Source: Candidatus Thorarchaeota archaeon (GTDB lineage Archaea; Asgardarchaeota; Thorarchaeia; Thorarchaeales; Thorarchaeaceae). From it: 64,000 nt of DNA. The stretch lies in assembly GCA_011364985.1 (NCBI GenBank), contig RDOC01000002.1, positions 64,001 through 128,000 of the forward strand, written 5' to 3'. Below are positions 20,265-30,032 of the stretch, one piece after another; the stretch's first letter is position 1; every line of letters begins with the position of its first letter. The notes under the pieces were generated by a model that worked only from the letters and a program-made list of their open reading frames with translations, made no database searches and was not told the origin of the DNA. The position numbers were made by a program, and so were the translations under genes.

Positions 20265-21316
20265 AAGTGAACCCCCTTAAGATTAGCCTTGAGCTGGTCA
20301 AATAGTGCTTTGTTGTTTTCAGTGCAAGTTTCGCTTTCAGTATGAGTGTCTTTGAACCTAGTAATAGGTGAACCGGAGAGCTCTTCAAGGAGATTTCTCG
20401 TTCCTTTTGCTACTGTGTCTAGATTATATCCTCCTTCAAGAAAAACTGCAATCCTTCCATCACAGTGTTCTTCCGCAAGAGAATGAAGAAAGGAGTTCAT
20501 CATTGCATAGCCAGAGGTTGTCAAGCCTAATGAGGTAAGTGGATCATCGAAATGGCCATCGTATCCGGCAGAAACCAGTATGAATTCAGGTTTATATGAA
20601 ATACAGAGAGGAATAATGACTTCTTGAAATGCGAGTCTATATGACTTGTCACCTGCCCCAGGGTACATCGAAATATTCACATTGTATCCCTTTCCCTTTC
20701 CAGTGCCAATCTCATTGGGAAACCCAGTTCCTGGAAAAAGTGTACGTCCATCTTGATGCATTCCAACATAGAGTACATGATTAGTGGAGTAGAAAGCATT
20801 CTGAGTCCCATTCCCATGATGTGCATCGTAGTCAAGGATGAGAACTCGTTGCAATTCGTGTTTATCATGGAGATGATGAGCAGCCACTGCAATACTGTTG
20901 ATAAAACAGAAGCCAAGGGCTCTGTTAAATTCCGCATGATGCCCTGGCGGTCGGCAAAGTAAATAGGCATTCTCGGTCTTCTTTTCGATTATCCTATCGA
21001 CAGCTAGAATACCTCCTCCTGCAGCCATAATTGCCGCATCATAGGTGTATTTGTTGACTGCTGTGTCAAGCGTGAAAAATCCGCCTCCAGCAGCGGATTT
21101 TGATTTTATGAGATTGAGATAATTCTCATCGTGAAGCGGGGTGATTTCTTCAATTATTGCAGGTTTAGGTTCAATCAAATGTATCTTTGATCCGCTTAAG
21201 AGACCGCTCTTAGTAACGTAATCCAGCGATGCTGTGAGGCGTTCTGGTCGCTCTGGGTGTCCTTTGCTCATTATATGTTTCGTGAATATGTCGTGGAAGA
21301 CTAAGTCAGTACCCAT
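20261..21316 (-). CDS. Zn-dependent histone deacetylase-family (HDAC/AcuC/AphA) protein
   Basis: HPERPERL, RPPGHHA, DYDAHHGNGTQ, SAGYD, EGGY. Confidence 0.93.
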   Translation of the reverse strand: MGTDLVFHDIFTKHIMSKGHPERPERLTASLDYVTKSGLLSGSKIHLIEPKPAIIEEITPLHDENYLNLIKSKSAAGGGFFTLDTAVNKYTYDAAIMAAGGGILAVDRIIEKKTENAYLLCRPPGHHAEFNRALGFCFINSIAVAAHHLHDKHELQRVLILDYDAHHGNGTQNAFYSTNHVLYVGMHQDGRTLFPGTGFPNEIGTGKGKGYNVNISMYPGAGDKSYRLAFQEVIIPLCISYKPEFILVSAGYDGHFDDPLTSLGLTTSGYAMMNSFLHSLAEEHCDGRIAVFLEGGYNLDTVAKGTRNLLEELSGSPITRFKDTHTESETCTENNKALFDQLKANLKGVHF

Positions 21317-21390
21317 TTTCGATGCACCAGGTGAAAATTTGTTTCTTGCAATAAGACGGGAAATTATATCTGATAAGTGTGTTATTCTAT

Positions 21391-21408
21391 TTGGAACACG
21401 TGTACCAA
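21391..21408. promoter_or_regulatory. Near-perfect palindrome TTGGAACACGTGTACCAA between divergent HDAC and tRNA-Pro promoters
   Basis: One mismatch from a perfect 18-bp palindrome. Shares the core of the GAACACGTGTTC copies at 58.1-58.65 kb. Confidence 0.5.
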
Positions 21409-21486
21409 CTATCTAGTATTAATGGGCAAATAATAGCAAATGTAATAACGTTTATTTTGGGTACAGGAATCACTCAGCTGGTATAT

Positions 21487-21624
21487 GGGTCGGTAGTCTA
21501 GCTTGGTATGATTCTTGCTTGGGGCGGCTCTTGGCCTCAAGCCTCAAGCCACAATATGCAAGAGATCGGGTGTTCAAATGTATTCGGGAACTCCTGAATA
21601 CTGAAAATCGCCCCCGGCCCACCA
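21487..21624 (+). tRNA. tRNA-Pro(GGG) with two introns (37/38: 21525-21556; 59/60: 21579-21607), CCA encoded
   Basis: Acceptor GGGTCGG/CCGGCCC, D arm GTCT..TGAT, anticodon stem CTTGC/GCAAG with GGG at 21521-21523, T stem GGGTG/CGCCC. Removing both BHB-flanked inserts gives a canonical cloverleaf. Confidence 0.9.
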
Positions 21625-21654
21625 TATTTCTTTCACCGATTTGGCAATTCTTAA

Positions 21655-22218
21655 TCAGTTCAACGGTACTTCCCATACTGTTTCATAGATTGGACCAGAT
21701 GGCATAAGCGTGCTTTTAGTCATTCTGAAAGATGAAACTAGCATGTCTCCTATTTGTTCCATGGCAAGTGCCTCAAGATTGTTAAGTATCGAATCTCGGT
21801 TCTTAATCCTATGAACACGTGCAATTGTGGCATGGGCGTGAAAGCGTTTATCCCGCCCGTAACCAATCTCTTCCAGTTTTGTCTCGACTGCTAACTTGAG
21901 CTGATTGATTTTCTTTTCACCTTGTGTGACCCCAATCCAAATTACTCGCGGGTTTCTTTTGGTTGGGAAAGCGCCAACCCCCTCTATCCGTATCTTGAAC
22001 TTGCTGAGTTCAATGCTGGATAGGGCGCCACGAATCTGTTGAATTCTTGAGATTTGTGTATCGCCAAAGAAACGAAGCGTGAAATGAATGTTCTCTCTCT
22101 CTACAATCTTGACTTTCATTGCATCTGTATCAAGTTTTCCCTGTATTCGAACTATATTTGAGAGAAGAGAAGAATCTTCTATATCCAAGCTTAGGAAGGC
22201 TCTCATTGTATTGGACAA
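21655..22218 (-). CDS. thpR: RNA 2',3'-cyclic phosphodiesterase (2H family, 2'-5' RNA ligase-like)
   Basis: MRAFLSLD, two HxT motifs (HFTLRFFG, HATIAR), PRVIWIG, GPIYE. Likely TTG start at 22218 after GAGGTG. Confidence 0.92.
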   Translation of the reverse strand: MSNTMRAFLSLDIEDSSLLSNIVRIQGKLDTDAMKVKIVERENIHFTLRFFGDTQISRIQQIRGALSSIELSKFKIRIEGVGAFPTKRNPRVIWIGVTQGEKKINQLKLAVETKLEEIGYGRDKRFHAHATIARVHRIKNRDSILNNLEALAMEQIGDMLVSSFRMTKSTLMPSGPIYETVWEVPLN

Positions 22219-22384
22219 ATTGTCACCTCGATTGATGTATGGAGTAGTAATCTCCATCTATTAATAATAGCCTCTAGGATTCTAAGCAACTCTTAAAGGA
22301 GATTTCAGCCTGCAAGGAGAATGGAAGCTGCAGAAGAAATCGAGTATATCACCCTTTCAACTAGTTATATCTGGTGAAATAGAA

Positions 22385-22924
22385 ATGAAACTTGTAATAA
22401 TGACTGGAATGCCAGGGGCTGGCAAGAGTGAGGTAGCAGATGCATTCAGAAGAGCGGGATTTCCAGTGATTGTGATGGGAGATGTAATCCGAAAGGAGGT
22501 TATGAAACGGGGTTTGACACAGACTCCTGAAAACAACAGGAAGATAATGCTTGATCTTAGAGAGAAGGAGGGGTTCGGAGCCGTAGCCAAGTATTGCTTG
22601 GAGGAACTTAGAAGTATCGATTCGTCGATCATCGTTATAGAAGGATGTAGAAGTCTCGCCGAAGTAGATGTGTTCGACAGTTGTGCCGACAGTGTACTAA
22701 TAGTATGTGTCCATTCATCTCCTAAGATAAGATATCAACGACTCTGTCAGCGTGGTCGTGATGATGACCCGCAGGATTGGGGCACTTTCAGAGAACGTGA
22801 CATCAGAGAGATTTCTGTTGGACTAGGTGGAGTGATTGCTTTGAGTGATATTATGATAGTAAACGATGGCAGTATTGGTGAACTTCGTAAAGAGTCGGAT
22901 GCCATTGTAAAGAGCTTGGTATAA
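22385..22924 (+). CDS. UPF0200 P-loop kinase (adenylate/dephospho-CoA kinase-like)
   Basis: TGMPGAGKS, MGDVIR, RGRDDD, RDIREI. Confidence 0.85.
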   Translation: MKLVIMTGMPGAGKSEVADAFRRAGFPVIVMGDVIRKEVMKRGLTQTPENNRKIMLDLREKEGFGAVAKYCLEELRSIDSSIIVIEGCRSLAEVDVFDSCADSVLIVCVHSSPKIRYQRLCQRGRDDDPQDWGTFRERDIREISVGLGGVIALSDIMIVNDGSIGELRKESDAIVKSLV

Positions 22925-23350
22925 ATGATTATCAAAATCTCCTCTCCAGTTTTCCCAACGGAAGATGAAACAAAGGTTATCTCTGCAGCAATTAGTTTCT
23001 TTGAAACGGCAGAAGCAGTTTATCATCAGGATATACAGGAAGTTTCTGTAACGGCTACAGAAAGAAAGGCTTTGGAAGTAATAAGAAGTATTGTTCATTC
23101 TATGCGAGTTATAGACGCTGTAAGAGCAACAATTCTACGAAATCGGATAGGTCTGGAAACACGATTTATTATTGACAAACAAGCAGCATATCATGGGAAG
23201 TTCAAATTAATCGATGATAGAGAAGAAGAACCCTCCCTTGGGGCTGTCGAGATAAGAATTCGCTTTGAACATGAGAAAGAATTTGAAGATTTCATGAAAT
23301 GGTTTGTTCCCCCTACAAAAGATGGAAAGATTGTTCAATCTAAACTCTAA
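22925..23350 (+). CDS. UPF0201/DUF54 putative RNA-binding protein
   Basis: PVFPTEDETKV and DKQAA motifs; the usual neighbour of UPF0200. Confidence 0.8.
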   Translation: MIIKISSPVFPTEDETKVISAAISFFETAEAVYHQDIQEVSVTATERKALEVIRSIVHSMRVIDAVRATILRNRIGLETRFIIDKQAAYHGKFKLIDDREEEPSLGAVEIRIRFEHEKEFEDFMKWFVPPTKDGKIVQSKL

Positions 23351-24389
23351 TGGTTACGATATCTCTAATGAGACCGCTGTGCACTCGGATTGGTATGTGA
23401 TAGGCGCATTTGAATCCAAGATCATTAGCAATCTCAGGTATTCTCATTTTGTTACTTCCAGCTATGCATAGCATTCCATTTGGCTTCAATATTTTGGGGA
23501 TTGCTGCAAGAAATTCGGTAACCAGATTAGTGGCCTCGCTACCCCTTGTTGAACTTGCTCTTCCGTAAGGGGGGTCAGTGACAATGCTATCGCAGAAATG
23601 TTGTGCGATAGGAGGAACTCGTGCATCTCCTTGTATCAGTGAGAAAAGGGTATGTTTCTGGTGAATGAGATTTAACTTGGAACCCATTAGTTGGCGCCAA
23701 TTCAAATCCATACCTATGGTTTTCGCACCCAAAGCTGCAAGTTCTAACAGAATTCCGCCACTCCCCGAGAAAGGATCATAGGCAATCTTTCCAGACATGA
23801 CGCCGGCGAGATTGCACATGACTCTCGCAAGTTGTGCGTTCATCATTGACGGATGAAAGAATGGTTTCTTGGCTGAGTTCTTGTTCATGAGTTTCTTTCT
23901 GCTATCAGACTTGTAGCTGCGACACACCTTGACACCATTTGAAGTCAATAGAACGAGAATCTTGGCATTTGGTCGTTTTGCATCAATCTTTGCCTTGGTA
24001 AGGTGTTTGATTTTGGTTCCAAGAAGATTAGTTATCTGTTGTCTATATTCATTCATACCTTTGGATACTAGGGATTGTGTACGAACACAGAATGTTTCGG
24101 TTGGCTGAATGCTGGATGCTAATTTCTTCTCTGGAATCCATTCTATATCTTCATTAAGAGCAGAAGATTCCGCGATTATGTATCCAGCTTCCTTAATCAT
24201 TGCTGCTCTGAAAAGAAGAAAAGCAAGATTATGTTTGCCTGTATTGAAGACAACTAGATTCTGATTCCAAGTTAATTCAGCTTCGAAATTCGCTAAATGT
24301 AGAATTGATTCGAATTCTGCCCGTGCAAGTGCTGGTTCTTCTCCAGACAAAATGGCAAAGCATTTGGTCACTAGCAAATCACTGCTCAC
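23340..24389 (-). CDS. THUMP-domain tRNA (guanine-10 N2) methyltransferase, Trm11/TrmG10 family
   Basis: LSGEEPALARAE, PFFHPSMM, DPFSGSGG, TDPPYG, VHSGLIR. Confidence 0.88.
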   Translation of the reverse strand: MSSDLLVTKCFAILSGEEPALARAEFESILHLANFEAELTWNQNLVVFNTGKHNLAFLLFRAAMIKEAGYIIAESSALNEDIEWIPEKKLASSIQPTETFCVRTQSLVSKGMNEYRQQITNLLGTKIKHLTKAKIDAKRPNAKILVLLTSNGVKVCRSYKSDSRKKLMNKNSAKKPFFHPSMMNAQLARVMCNLAGVMSGKIAYDPFSGSGGILLELAALGAKTIGMDLNWRQLMGSKLNLIHQKHTLFSLIQGDARVPPIAQHFCDSIVTDPPYGRASSTRGSEATNLVTEFLAAIPKILKPNGMLCIAGSNKMRIPEIANDLGFKCAYHIPIRVHSGLIRDIVTIRV

Positions 24390-25150
24390 ACAATTAAGTT
24401 ATCTCCTCCAAGAAATATTCTTTGCATTTCTCCATATAGAGACTCCATTCCTGACATTGATCTTGCTGATACGGGAATAACGTGACTCTCGTTTCCAATA
24501 TCATTTAGCATTTGGAGAATTGCGGTGGAGTATTCACGGACAAGGCCATCTGAGAATTCCTCAAGGACACCTTCAAGGAGGTAGGAATCATCTGACCAGC
24601 TTACAATCTCTTCGATCTGCTCTTCAATAAGAATGTCAGGTTTGCTAAGTATGTTGAGTTGGGGTAATACAAAACGTATGTGAATTGAAAGACCTAGAAG
24701 CATTGACGAAAGGTATCCAGCTGGAGTTCTGGCAATATTCGAATCAAGTAGATAGAGTGAAAGCGCTGGGTCTGCATCTCTGATACTTGAAACCATAAGT
24801 GGACCAGAATTTCGATAGGCAAAAAGCTCCATTTGTCCAGGGCAATCAACAATAACGTAGTCTCGACCCATTTCGATAATCTCTTCTCTGAGTTCTCCTA
24901 TTTGTCCCACAGCCATATCCAACGAAGCAACCAGTGCTCCATTTGGACCTAGATTGAAGCTATTCATGACTTCCCCATAATCAACATATTCCCTGATATC
25001 AATATCACTTGTATACGGAGGATTTTCAATTCCTGGATCCAGATTGACCACGGTCACGCTCATATCAGCTGTGACTAACCACTTCTCCAAAGAGGCAGTC
25101 ATCATGGACTTTCCGCTCCCAGCAGTACCAACTATGAAAGTGAAGAGCAT
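24386..25150 (-). CDS. GPN-loop GTPase
   Basis: GTAGSGKS, NLDPG, LGPNG, DCPGQMELF. Confidence 0.93.
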   Translation of the reverse strand: MLFTFIVGTAGSGKSMMTASLEKWLVTADMSVTVVNLDPGIENPPYTSDIDIREYVDYGEVMNSFNLGPNGALVASLDMAVGQIGELREEIIEMGRDYVIVDCPGQMELFAYRNSGPLMVSSIRDADPALSLYLLDSNIARTPAGYLSSMLLGLSIHIRFVLPQLNILSKPDILIEEQIEEIVSWSDDSYLLEGVLEEFSDGLVREYSTAILQMLNDIGNESHVIPVSARSMSGMESLYGEMQRIFLGGDNLIV

Positions 25151-25263
25151 CGATTTAACCGATTGAAAGGCAAGCTTCGTTTCTCTTTGAGTGCTTCGGT
25201 ATCGCCCAATACCAAATCAGCTACTGCACAAGTCTTATCTGAGATGAAACATCGGTTTCTAGT

Positions 25264-26004
25264 ATGGATGATAGTGAGGCTACCCAGAAGCTTGCAGAAG
25301 CCATAGCTGGAGAAATCTGCCTTGCTGAGAATGACCCTGGTGCGGTCATGAAACGATGGCGGGAACGATTCCAAGTATCTCAAAAACAATTGGCAAAACA
25401 TCTCGAAGTATCACCCTCTGTGATAAGTGACTATGAAAGCGGAAGAAGGAAATCGCCCAGAGTTGAAACAATTAAGAAATTCATTGAGGGCCTACTTGAA
25501 CTTGATGCTGCAAGTGGAGGCCGTGTAGTCATGGCACTTGAGAAACTTGTCGCACCAGAAATTGCATCGGAGGCGATTCTAGATAGCCGGGAATTTGGAC
25601 TTCCGGTTCCAGCACGTTTGTTAGTAGAGTATCTTGATTGTAAGGTATTAACGCATATTAATTTGCTAAATCGTGATATATATGGCTATACTGCCTTGGA
25701 TAGCGTAAAGGCAATCGTTAGTATGACCCCCCAACAACTCTTACGTCTATATGGAGGAACAACTCAACGGGCTGCCATACTTTCGAATGTTTCAACTGGT
25801 AGGTCTCCAATGGTAGCAATAAAAGCAAGTCAGATTGGAACATCATCTGCAGTCAAACCGGCTGTTGTAATCCTTCAGGGAGTGAACGATTTGGATCCTT
25901 TGGCTGTGAAAATCGCTGATAGTATACACCTGCCTCTCTGCCTATCGGATATGGAATCTGATGAGTTGATACATCAGATTCGAACCTTCAATCCTCAGAT
26001 ATAA
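25264..26004 (+). CDS. Archaeal XRE-type HTH transcriptional regulator (COG1709-like)
   Basis: IAGEI, SPSVISDYESGRRKSP, GYTALDSVKAI, VSTGRSPMVAIK. Confidence 0.85.
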   Translation: MDDSEATQKLAEAIAGEICLAENDPGAVMKRWRERFQVSQKQLAKHLEVSPSVISDYESGRRKSPRVETIKKFIEGLLELDAASGGRVVMALEKLVAPEIASEAILDSREFGLPVPARLLVEYLDCKVLTHINLLNRDIYGYTALDSVKAIVSMTPQQLLRLYGGTTQRAAILSNVSTGRSPMVAIKASQIGTSSAVKPAVVILQGVNDLDPLAVKIADSIHLPLCLSDMESDELIHQIRTFNPQI

Positions 26005-26027
26005 TTCGGAGAAGGAGAACGAAGTAC

Positions 26028-27323
26028 GTGAACTTCGAAACAGAAATAAATGACCCGATTCATGGGTTCATTGGACTTACTGATATTGAAGCTAGAATAA
26101 TCAATTCCGAAACTTATCAAAGACTCAGACGGATAAAACAGCTATCAGGTGGTCACTTTGTCTATCCAACTGCTGAACATACAAGATTCGGGCATTGCAT
26201 TGGTGCAATGTATTTGGCCGGTATGATGGGCAGACGCCTTCTTGCTCCACTAGGGCTTGGAAATGACGCACTTCAAGAAGTTAGAATTGCTGGACTACTT
26301 CACGACATCGGGCATGGGCCCTTTAGTCACGTTTTTGAGGAAGTCCTTGTTGAACGTAGAGGATGGAATCATGAAGACGTAACTGAATGGATAATACGAA
26401 AAAGCGAGCTTGGTGAGTTGCTCGAATACGGTGGGATTTCGCGTAACCGAATTGCAGATCTTGTTCGTGGAAAACGAAAAAGAAAAAACGATTCGGTCGT
26501 TAGTTCAATAGTAGCAGGACAAGTTGATGCTGATAAGATGGACTATCTCATCCGAGACTCGTTTTACTGTGGAGTAAATTATGGCCTTGTTGACATCCAT
26601 CGCCTAATTAATAGTCTTGAGGCGTCTGATGACTTGATTCTTCAATTTGATTTGGCGGCACGTGGAGCTCTTGAATCATTTCTTGTGGCGCGCTATGAAA
26701 TGTTTCTCAACGTCTATTATCATAAAACCGTGCGAAGTGTTGAGATTATGCTTGTAAAAATGATGCATGCAGCAGATAGCGTTCTGAATTTGACAGGGTT
26801 TTCAACACCAGAGGAGTTTCTCTTGCTTGATGATATGTCGTTAATATCTCAAATCAGAAGAATAGACCCATCCGAATCGGAGAATGCAAAAGAGGCTGTG
26901 AAAATGGTGAGCATGTTGGATACAAGGACTCTTTACAAATCTGCATTTGAGAAAGTACTTCATACCGATGATCAATTCATTTCAAAGCTCCTTACAAAGC
27001 GAAAGGTACGTGAGAGTATTGAGGAAGAAATCGCAGAGGCAGCAGGAGTTCCATCTGAGAAGGTTATAGTAGATGTACCAACGCTTCCATCAGTGCCATA
27101 TGATCCTCATCAGCTCAATCCTATGGAGATTAAGATCTTTGAAATCGTTGATGGAAAAAAGATACCACATAATTTCTCGGAATATTCAAATATCGCAGAT
27201 ATGATGAAAGTATATCTTGATGTGATTAGAGTCTATACCTACGACGAACATCGAAAAGAGGTGGGACAAGCGGCGAGAGAAATATTCCAAGAAGTACCAG
27301 AAGCTGCTTTGATTCATATGTAG
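26028..27323 (+). CDS. HD-domain phosphohydrolase (dNTP triphosphohydrolase/SAMHD1-like family)
   Basis: DPIHG, QRLRRIKQL, HTRFGH, LLHDIGHGPFSH, DADKMDYL, VYYHK. Confidence 0.9.
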   Translation: MNFETEINDPIHGFIGLTDIEARIINSETYQRLRRIKQLSGGHFVYPTAEHTRFGHCIGAMYLAGMMGRRLLAPLGLGNDALQEVRIAGLLHDIGHGPFSHVFEEVLVERRGWNHEDVTEWIIRKSELGELLEYGGISRNRIADLVRGKRKRKNDSVVSSIVAGQVDADKMDYLIRDSFYCGVNYGLVDIHRLINSLEASDDLILQFDLAARGALESFLVARYEMFLNVYYHKTVRSVEIMLVKMMHAADSVLNLTGFSTPEEFLLLDDMSLISQIRRIDPSESENAKEAVKMVSMLDTRTLYKSAFEKVLHTDDQFISKLLTKRKVRESIEEEIAEAAGVPSEKVIVDVPTLPSVPYDPHQLNPMEIKIFEIVDGKKIPHNFSEYSNIADMMKVYLDVIRVYTYDEHRKEVGQAAREIFQEVPEAALIHM

Positions 27324-27433
27324 TATTAAATCCAGAACAGCTGAAATCAACAGCAGAAAAAGGCTGTGTGGTGGTTATATAGTAAGCTCCTAGATTCTAC
27401 TTTGGACCAGCTAATAGGTCTGGAGCTGAATCA

Positions 27434-28381
27434 TTGACTAACGAACTGACTGAAACACTTCAGAACATTAAGATGATTACTGGCGTAGAAAATGTGGTCC
27501 TTATCCAAAAGGATGGTTTACCTGTGGCCAGTGCAGGAGTTTGGTTCAGCAAGGAGGAAGTCTTTGCCGTTGCATCTTCTACTTGTGCGATTTATGGGGT
27601 TGCGCGGTTAGTTCATGGCGATTTTGAGTATTTATTGATGGAATCAGAAACTTCCAAGGTGTTTCTTGCGTCATTACCCAATGATACTGATTACTTCCTC
27701 ACTGTTACTACAGCGCCGAGAGTAAATCTGGCTGCACTATTCATCGAAATGAAAGATAGTCTCTTCCGTGTTTCCTTCCTTTTACGACAACACATAGATG
27801 ACAGACTTCCTCCTCTACGTTCGTATAGCAATCATGAAACACAAAGAATATTGAAAGGCTTTTCAGTTGCTGAGGGACAAGATACTAAGTATAGCACCTC
27901 TAGATCAATAATCTCTTTTGATCGGTCTCAGGCCTTGGCACTTCGTGCGCTTTTGAAACAGGTACATGATAGCATTCCAAACACTGATTCTGTGTTTCTT
28001 TCACTTAATGGAGGGGTACGTTTGTCCTTGGAGGGATTTACAAATGATAGACTAGCAGCCATGTCCTTCGCTTTGCATGATGCATCTGAACGCGTTGTAA
28101 GAACATTGAGAAACGGCTCACTGCAGACCGTTCTTTGTGAAACCGAAAGCATACGGCATTTCATATATGCTGTGCCCAATGGTGTATTCAGTCTATGGGT
28201 TGATCGAAGTAGTCAGAAGCTTGGACTGATGCGTTTGTTACTCAAACACTACATTGAGGAGATTAGAAGAGTTTTACAGGCTTGTCATGAAATGAAATCT
28301 GCTGTACCAGACGACTTGAAGGAGCTGCTTCTCGGAGAGATAGGAAACGGCAGCATGATGCTTGCGAGGAGAGAACCATGA
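27434..28381 (+). CDS. Tandem roadblock/LC7 (MglB/LAMTOR-like) domain protein
   Basis: Two units with the roadblock pattern: GVENVVLIQKDGLPVAS...NLAALFIEMK and NTDSVFLSLNGGVRL...RLAAMSFAL...KLGLMRLLLK. Confidence 0.8.
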   Translation: MTNELTETLQNIKMITGVENVVLIQKDGLPVASAGVWFSKEEVFAVASSTCAIYGVARLVHGDFEYLLMESETSKVFLASLPNDTDYFLTVTTAPRVNLAALFIEMKDSLFRVSFLLRQHIDDRLPPLRSYSNHETQRILKGFSVAEGQDTKYSTSRSIISFDRSQALALRALLKQVHDSIPNTDSVFLSLNGGVRLSLEGFTNDRLAAMSFALHDASERVVRTLRNGSLQTVLCETESIRHFIYAVPNGVFSLWVDRSSQKLGLMRLLLKHYIEEIRRVLQACHEMKSAVPDDLKELLLGEIGNGSMMLARREP

Positions 28382-29298
28382 CATATTCTATAATGCGTTT
28401 GATTGAGTTGGTTGAAAATGATTTTCCTCTTTTGCTTAATGCAGTAATGAGCAGGCTGCCAATACTTGTTGCGGGGAATGATGTTGAGCTGGTTGATGAT
28501 GTGACGGAGAGTTTGAGCATGCTGGCCCCCCATCGTCATAAACTAGTGTTCTGGCGTGACTTCACGTCTGAGAATGAGATTTTGTCCGTGTGGGAAGAGG
28601 AAAAACATGATTATGAGGTGAGCAGAACAATTGTATGTGGTTTGTCCTCAAACCTCAGACTGGCCTTGGATAGAATCACTCGATTTGCGGGATGGATTTT
28701 GGGTATTCCACTTGGAAACACTGTTCTAGGTGTAGATGTGGACGATGGTTTGCTTCAAACAGTGATAAACAGAATTCTGCAAACATCTCAGAATTGCGGC
28801 ATCTTGCGTATTGATACTCCATCATCGATGAATTTCTCTTTGATAGAAACTCATCATAGCAGTCTTGACATTGAAAAGAGAATTGTAACTAAGATACTGA
28901 CTAGAAAGAAACAATCGCTTGAGAGAATAAGACGACTTCTAATGAAATCACTCAGAGGACTTGAAGTTTCCAATCATGTTGTTAATGCCATACTGAAATT
29001 GGATAATGAATCGGAGAAGCTTACACAGGATGTTTTTGATGAGGAGATAAGTAACTACGTTCACGCTGCACGAAGAGCTGTTACTCTTCTCTCAAGAATA
29101 AGGCTTGCACGGGAGTTGGGTGCATCGACATTTCTTACTGAAAGGAATTTGTTTGAGGCAATAGGTTGGGACAGTGGAGAACTCTCTGATTTGATTCAGC
29201 TCATTCACGCAGAATGGCATGAAGATTTCTCCGACTGTGTCAAGGCTGGTGCGCTTTCTGGACTAGGTGCATGGGTGGATAGTATGTGGGGAACATAA
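28378..29298 (+). CDS. Hypothetical protein with a DENN/folliculin-C-terminal-like core
   Basis: LLNAVMSRLPILVAGNDVELVDDVTESLSMLAP follows the helix-strand-helix pattern of the cDENN core. Translationally coupled (ATGA overlap) to the roadblock gene. Confidence 0.55.
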   Translation: MTYSIMRLIELVENDFPLLLNAVMSRLPILVAGNDVELVDDVTESLSMLAPHRHKLVFWRDFTSENEILSVWEEEKHDYEVSRTIVCGLSSNLRLALDRITRFAGWILGIPLGNTVLGVDVDDGLLQTVINRILQTSQNCGILRIDTPSSMNFSLIETHHSSLDIEKRIVTKILTRKKQSLERIRRLLMKSLRGLEVSNHVVNAILKLDNESEKLTQDVFDEEISNYVHAARRAVTLLSRIRLARELGASTFLTERNLFEAIGWDSGELSDLIQLIHAEWHEDFSDCVKAGALSGLGAWVDSMWGT

Positions 29299-29315
29299 TG
29301 GAGGATGAGAATTAA

Positions 29316-29894
29316 GTGATTATTGATTATGGAAACAGAACGATTGGCCTGAAAATAGTCTTCTTTGGGCCTGCTATGAGTGGAAAGACGACAGCAATCA
29401 GATGGCTTTTCTCAAGTCTGGACTATGCAGAGAACTTGACCTCAATAGAGAATACTGTTGGTCGTACGATGTTCTGTGATTTTGGAACTATTCCATTCTC
29501 TCTTGGGGATAGTTGGACGATTAATTCACATATATGGTCTGCAACAGGACAAGATTTTTATCGCTCCACAAGAGAAGTTGTTCTTGTGGGAGCCGATGGT
29601 GTTGTGTTTATGGTCGATTCTCAAGAACACCTACTCGAAGAGAATCTTGCCAGCTGGAATGAGCTTATGACAATGGTTGCAGAGGAGGAACGTCCATTGC
29701 CAATAGTGGTATGTCTCAACAAGCAAGATCTGCCTAGAGCAATCAAAGAGGAAGAAATTCGGGCTCACCTTAGGCTTCCATCTTCGATTCCAGTATTTAG
29801 AAGTATAGCAAGTGAAGGGCAGAATATTCTTGAGGCCTTTCAGGTTCTATTTCAGAATGCAATGCGTGCCAATGTACTTGCCCAACCCTTGTGA
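29316..29894 (+). CDS. MglA-like small GTPase (Ras superfamily)
   Basis: KIVFFGPAMSGKTT, GRTMFCDF, SATGQ, GADGVVFMVDS, NKQD. Confidence 0.9.
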   Translation: MIIDYGNRTIGLKIVFFGPAMSGKTTAIRWLFSSLDYAENLTSIENTVGRTMFCDFGTIPFSLGDSWTINSHIWSATGQDFYRSTREVVLVGADGVVFMVDSQEHLLEENLASWNELMTMVAEEERPLPIVVCLNKQDLPRAIKEEEIRAHLRLPSSIPVFRSIASEGQNILEAFQVLFQNAMRANVLAQPL

Positions 29895-30032
29895 CAGGCC
29901 TGCTTTCTTTTGACGAAGAGATTCATAGGGAATATTATGCTTTCATCCTCAGGAAGACTTTAAGGGTATTACAAATGAAATGAGGCTCAGCACTGCTAAT
30001 TGTGCCGTGACTCTTGCTGGATAGGACTCTCA

